A DNA stretch of 64,000 nt, taken from Ministeria vibrans ATCC 50519. Lineage: Eukaryota > Protista > Filasterea. The stretch covers positions 119,741-183,740 of the forward strand of contig CALSCP010002399.1 in assembly GCA_943704425.1 (NCBI GenBank), read 5' to 3'. The translations under genes and the position numbers were made by a program. The notes under the pieces are model-generated. The model did not search any database, was not told the origin of the DNA, and was given only the letters and a program-made list of their open reading frames with translations. Shown piece after piece: positions 54,367 through 64,000 of this stretch. How positions within the stretch are numbered: the stretch's first letter is position 1; each line of letters begins with the position of its first letter.

Positions 54367-56518
54367 TTAGCTTGAACACCAGCGGTTCAACCACTCCAGT
54401 ACTTGCGAGTACCAAAAGGCGGAATTTTCACGCTTCAACACCCAGTGGTTCTCGCGGGGAAACACAAGAAGACGCGACGGGACATTCTGACGTTGGAGGG
54501 CAGTGAAGGTCGAGAGGCCCTGGCTGATGACGATCCGGTAGTCCAGCTCGCCGTGCGTGACGAGGGTTGGCGTGCGCCACTTGGCGACGTGCAGCGACGG
54601 ATCAAACTGTGCGTACGCCTGAGGATTGCCAAAGGGTGTTCCGTGGAACTCTGCTTCAGGGAAGTAGAGCTCTTCGGTCGAGTAGTAGAAAGCAGAGGTA
54701 GAGAAGATACCAGCATGGCAGATAAAGCACTTGAACATGCCCTGGGGTGCATTACCCAGCATCCAATTGACCATAAAGCCGCCATAGCTTGCCCCGGCAG
54801 CCGCCACACGAGTGCCATCGATAAACGGGAAGCGCACGAGTGCATCGCGTACCCCTTCAATGATATCCGTAAAGGGCGCACTGCCCCAGTTGTTGAGGAT
54901 CGACTCGGTAAAGGCATGACCGTAGCCCGTTGACCCGTGAAAGTTGATGATGAGCGTTGCATATCCACCGCCCGCGAACACCTAAAAAGATGTAAATTAA
55001 ATAAAAAAAACATCGTAGTTAGTTTGCATGTGTGTGAACATGAAAATGACGTTTTAATTGTCTGACTTGAGGGTTCCAGCGAGTGCCCCACGAGTGATCA
55101 AATGCACCTTCGGGTCCGCCGTGAATAAGCACAAGCAGGGGCACCTTGTTCCGCGTGCCGTCGGGGTCATCAGAGGTAGGGGAGACACTTTTGGGCACTG
55201 GCTCAAGCAAGTACGCGTGCACAGGGTCGCCGTGGGCGCCGGGGAAGGAGTACTCGTGGATGGACGGAGAGAGGACGAGGGATGCGAGACGGTGAGAGTT
55301 GATTCGCGTCAGTTGCTCGTCGTGATCGGTGTCGGGGAACCGTGCGTAGATTTGAGGAGGAGCGTCAAAGGAGTGCTGGATGAAGACGACTGTGTTGGTG
55401 GCAGAGTCGAAACAGACTTGGACACACTTGAAGGTGCCTGCGCACTCGGTAAGAGACTCAGTGGCCACGTCAACGCTGACAATTGTGGTGCGGCCGTGTC
55501 GCAGCGCTGTGATGAGGAGGGTCTGTTCGTCGCGCCAGAGCAGCGATGCAACGGAATAGTCCCACTCGGGGAGGAGAGTGCGTGTTTCGCGTGTATTGAG
55601 ATCAAGCACCTTGAGACGCACGGGGGCTGATTCGCATGCTGCCGCTTCCGTTGAGAGATATGCCAGCTGACGACCGCTCGGCGAGAAGGTCGGGTGAGAG
55701 TCGTAGCCGGCGTTGTCTTTCGTGAGGCAGGTCAGCTCGCTGCCCGCCGTGTCGGTTGCGCTCGCAAGGTAAATATGAGTGTTGGTGGTGATAGCGGTGT
55801 CCGTTGCGTCCAGTGGCGCACAACACATGGCTACAAAATCATCGCTGATGGCATAGCAGTCTTCGTCGCCAAACGCCCGAGTCGGACAATCGACGGGCGC
55901 AGACGCAGAAAGCATGTCGCACGCCAAGGGATCGTCGAGAATGGCCACCCGCGAGCCTGGCGCCAGCGTTGACGACGTGTCCAGGCGGAGAGGTAGCCGT
56001 ACAACGTGCTGTCGCAGCTTGGGCGTGACATAGGCGTCCCAGTTCCGAACAGGAAGCGAGTCAAACACTCGAACGTCGTGGCCGTCGCTTTTGTTGCAAG
56101 AGACAGTCGAATCGACCGCTTCTGCCAGCGACATTGCTGCCCCCACCGCAAGTTCAAGGCTACAGTAAAGCATGTCGCGGTGGACGCGAAATGTGCCGAC
56201 GGGCAGGGGAAGCGTAGTGACGGCAAAGGGGGGAGCGGCACTGTCGTCCAGCGGGACTGCCCACACCTGGCTGGCCGACAGGAAATACAGCACGCCATTC
56301 ACCGGATAAGGCTGTGTGTTCGACAATGCGTCCAGCGAGTCCGTCAGGCACGTCGGCGTTGCCTCACGTGAAGCGAGACTCAACGAAAAAATATCCGTGC
56401 GCGGCTGCTGGCTTTCCTCCAGCACAACCGTCAGCTCAAAATAGGCCACGCCGTTGGCGCAGGTGACACTGCCAAGACGATCCAACGATGTGATGTGGGT
56501 CTCGTTGAAGGGCGTCAT
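54367..56518 (-). CDS. S9 family peptidase (dipeptidyl-peptidase V-like), 2 exons
   Basis: Propeller region; LIHGGPEG, RWNPQ, HGSTGYG, catalytic GASYGG, HGELDYRI and ENHWVL. Confidence 0.9.
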
Positions 56519-57058
56519 CAGGGAACAAAAAATATTAATTCATTTGCTTGGGAATTGGGATGAGTTGGAATATTTTAATACGACGAGAAAAAAATTAATA
56601 TTTAGGGTCCGGAACGGACCTGATTTATATTGTAAGCGCCGACGCCGGTGCCGGAGGGTTGCCTGGTTGGACCGTGGGAGAGGTCAGAGGTGGCGGGTCT
56701 GGCCCGTCTGGGGACTGGGAGAGGAGGGGGGAGGATGGTTGGCCAATTGATCTTGAATCGTGGCGCGTGCTCTCACTTGCGGCTTTGAGGTTTGCCTTGA
56801 CGGTTGTCAAACGGCGAAGTGCATTAGTACAAACCGGATTCAAAATATTTCTATTCTCTTCCCCATCTTGCGCTCCCAACGATTTAAAAATACAAGCCAC
56901 CACGTTGTTGCATACAGTATTGGCTCTACTGGTCAGCGAGAGTTGTCAGTTTTTCAACTGCTCACAGTTTCTACCTCGTTTCTACAGAACCGCCGAGACA
57001 CCAAGACACCGATCTGAGCACGAATTAGCGCTCAATCGACCATCCACCCTCTCTAACA

Positions 57059-62584
<5,526 letters not shown>

Positions 62585-62805
62585 ATACTCACACACACAC
62601 ACACACACACACACACCGCTCTTTCGTATTTTCGTTACGATAATAATTGTTTTATCAGTCATGTTATAGACTATTGTACTCTATGTGTATCATTCTGTTG
62701 AATCAAAGTAAACTTATTCCAAAATCTTAATAATATTATTATTGTATTATTTTTTTATCAGTTCCGTTACGATTTCTTGAGAGTGCATTTGCTTTTTGTG
62801 TTGGG

Positions 62806-63968
62806 TTATTGTAGTTTGCGACTGACATTGGCATAGCCGGATCCTTTGCAGGAGAGCACGACAGTACCCGAGTCGGAATCGGGGCGGACCTTGAACACGG
62901 TCCCGAAAAAGGAACGCAAGTGACGCATAAAGTGAATGGTAAAGGGAGAGAGTTTGCCCAGACGAATGCGACTGACGTCTTCCGGGGAGAGAACCATAAG
63001 CAAGAGGGCGAGGGACTGATGCTGCGTGTCGACACACCCGCCACGTGCAATCTCCTCGCACAGGAGCAGCGCCGCTTCGTGTCCGACGTCTTCAGGGATC
63101 TCACCGCGCTCGGCGGCTCGCTCAATCGACAGCAGCTGTCCGTTGATGGTCTCGGCGACAAGAGAAACCCCCCAGCCCGGTGAGCGTCCTGACTCGCTGC
63201 CCTTGTAGTGGTCGTTGTGCATAAAGACGTCTGGGAGAAGCTGGTGCAGAGGTGAGCGCACAGCCTCGATGAGACGCACCGACGTCTCGGGGCTCACGCG
63301 CATCGAATAGGCAATGCCTCGCACACGCTTCACCATGCCTGCCTCGGTCATGTCAATGGGGCGCAGAGCACGCACAATTGGACACGAGAAGACGACTTCG
63401 CCGCCGCCCAAAGGAGGTGCACCTCGCTTTGTGATCTACACACACACACACACAGTCGCGACGTATTATTACCATTCATTCGCTCATGCACACTCGCGGG
63501 GCTATACCTTGATCTCAACGTCTTCATCGACGCCAAAGGCACGCAGAAGCGGAAGGGTGACGTTGCGGAAGGAGTCGACGCACTGGTCGATGCCATCGTT
63601 AGTGATTCCCGTCAGTGTCGCGTGCACCGGTCGCTTCGCAAAGGGCGCCAGAGCAACCAGCGCCTCCAGATAGTACCCAATCGCCCGCGCCGTGCCGCAG
63701 TCGTGCTGTATTCTGCCCCCGTGGATCACCCCCGGTCGGAACGAGACCGACGTGCCTGAAAATGAGTGTCACAGTCAGTTTCGTTTTTTTTTTTTTTTTT
63801 TTTTTTTTGTGGACCAGTGAATGAAATTTCAATGCGTGTTCCGTTGGTGATCTTGTCAAAGAGGCGGATGAGAGAAGCCTCGTGGTCTCTGAGGCCCGGC
63901 TGGTCCGACGTCTGTCTGATTTCGGAGATGCGCACTGGTCGGTTTGCGAGCGTAGACAGCACGAGGCG
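62806..63968 (-). CDS. RCL1: RNA 3'-terminal phosphate cyclase-like protein; 5' end lies outside the window
   Basis: RLVLSTL..RPVRI..IR....PGLRDHEAS.IRL.DK.TNG, RAIGYYLE, LTGITND, RGAPPLGGGEV, SPGWG.SLVAET and C.G.GY.N. Confidence 0.9.
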
Positions 63969-64000
63969 CTGTGGGGGGCGGCGGAGGGTCAGGGGGGGGC

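Overview
Gene-dense eukaryotic DNA read in the standard genetic code, with short GT-AG introns (many about 55-100 nt) that often carry (CT)n, (GT)n or (AAT)n microsatellites. The gene set (tankyrase, LIN-9, FHIP2, adhesion GPCR with EGF repeats, AGBL5, ABCC10) suggests a unicellular holozoan such as a choanoflagellate or filasterean; this is inference. I reconstructed about 25 protein-coding genes or fragments by eye. Several genes break off at microsatellite introns or N-gaps and are followed by exons of unrelated genes (zDHHC to dyskerin, a FATP segment inside a sphingomyelinase intron, PLB1/NAAA, upstream of FHIP), so the assembly is probably locally chimeric. The most interesting candidate is a roughly 2370-aa protein with a putative MLKL-like N-terminal helical bundle, a pseudokinase, ARM-like repeats and two FYVE fingers. 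Others are a complete animal-type tankyrase, an adhesion GPCR with Notch-like EGF repeats, a small secreted protein resembling the cubilin N-terminus, an unassigned ~215-nt structured ncRNA candidate, a GC-AG intron and several dispersed motifs. All homology calls come from motif recognition; no searches were run.
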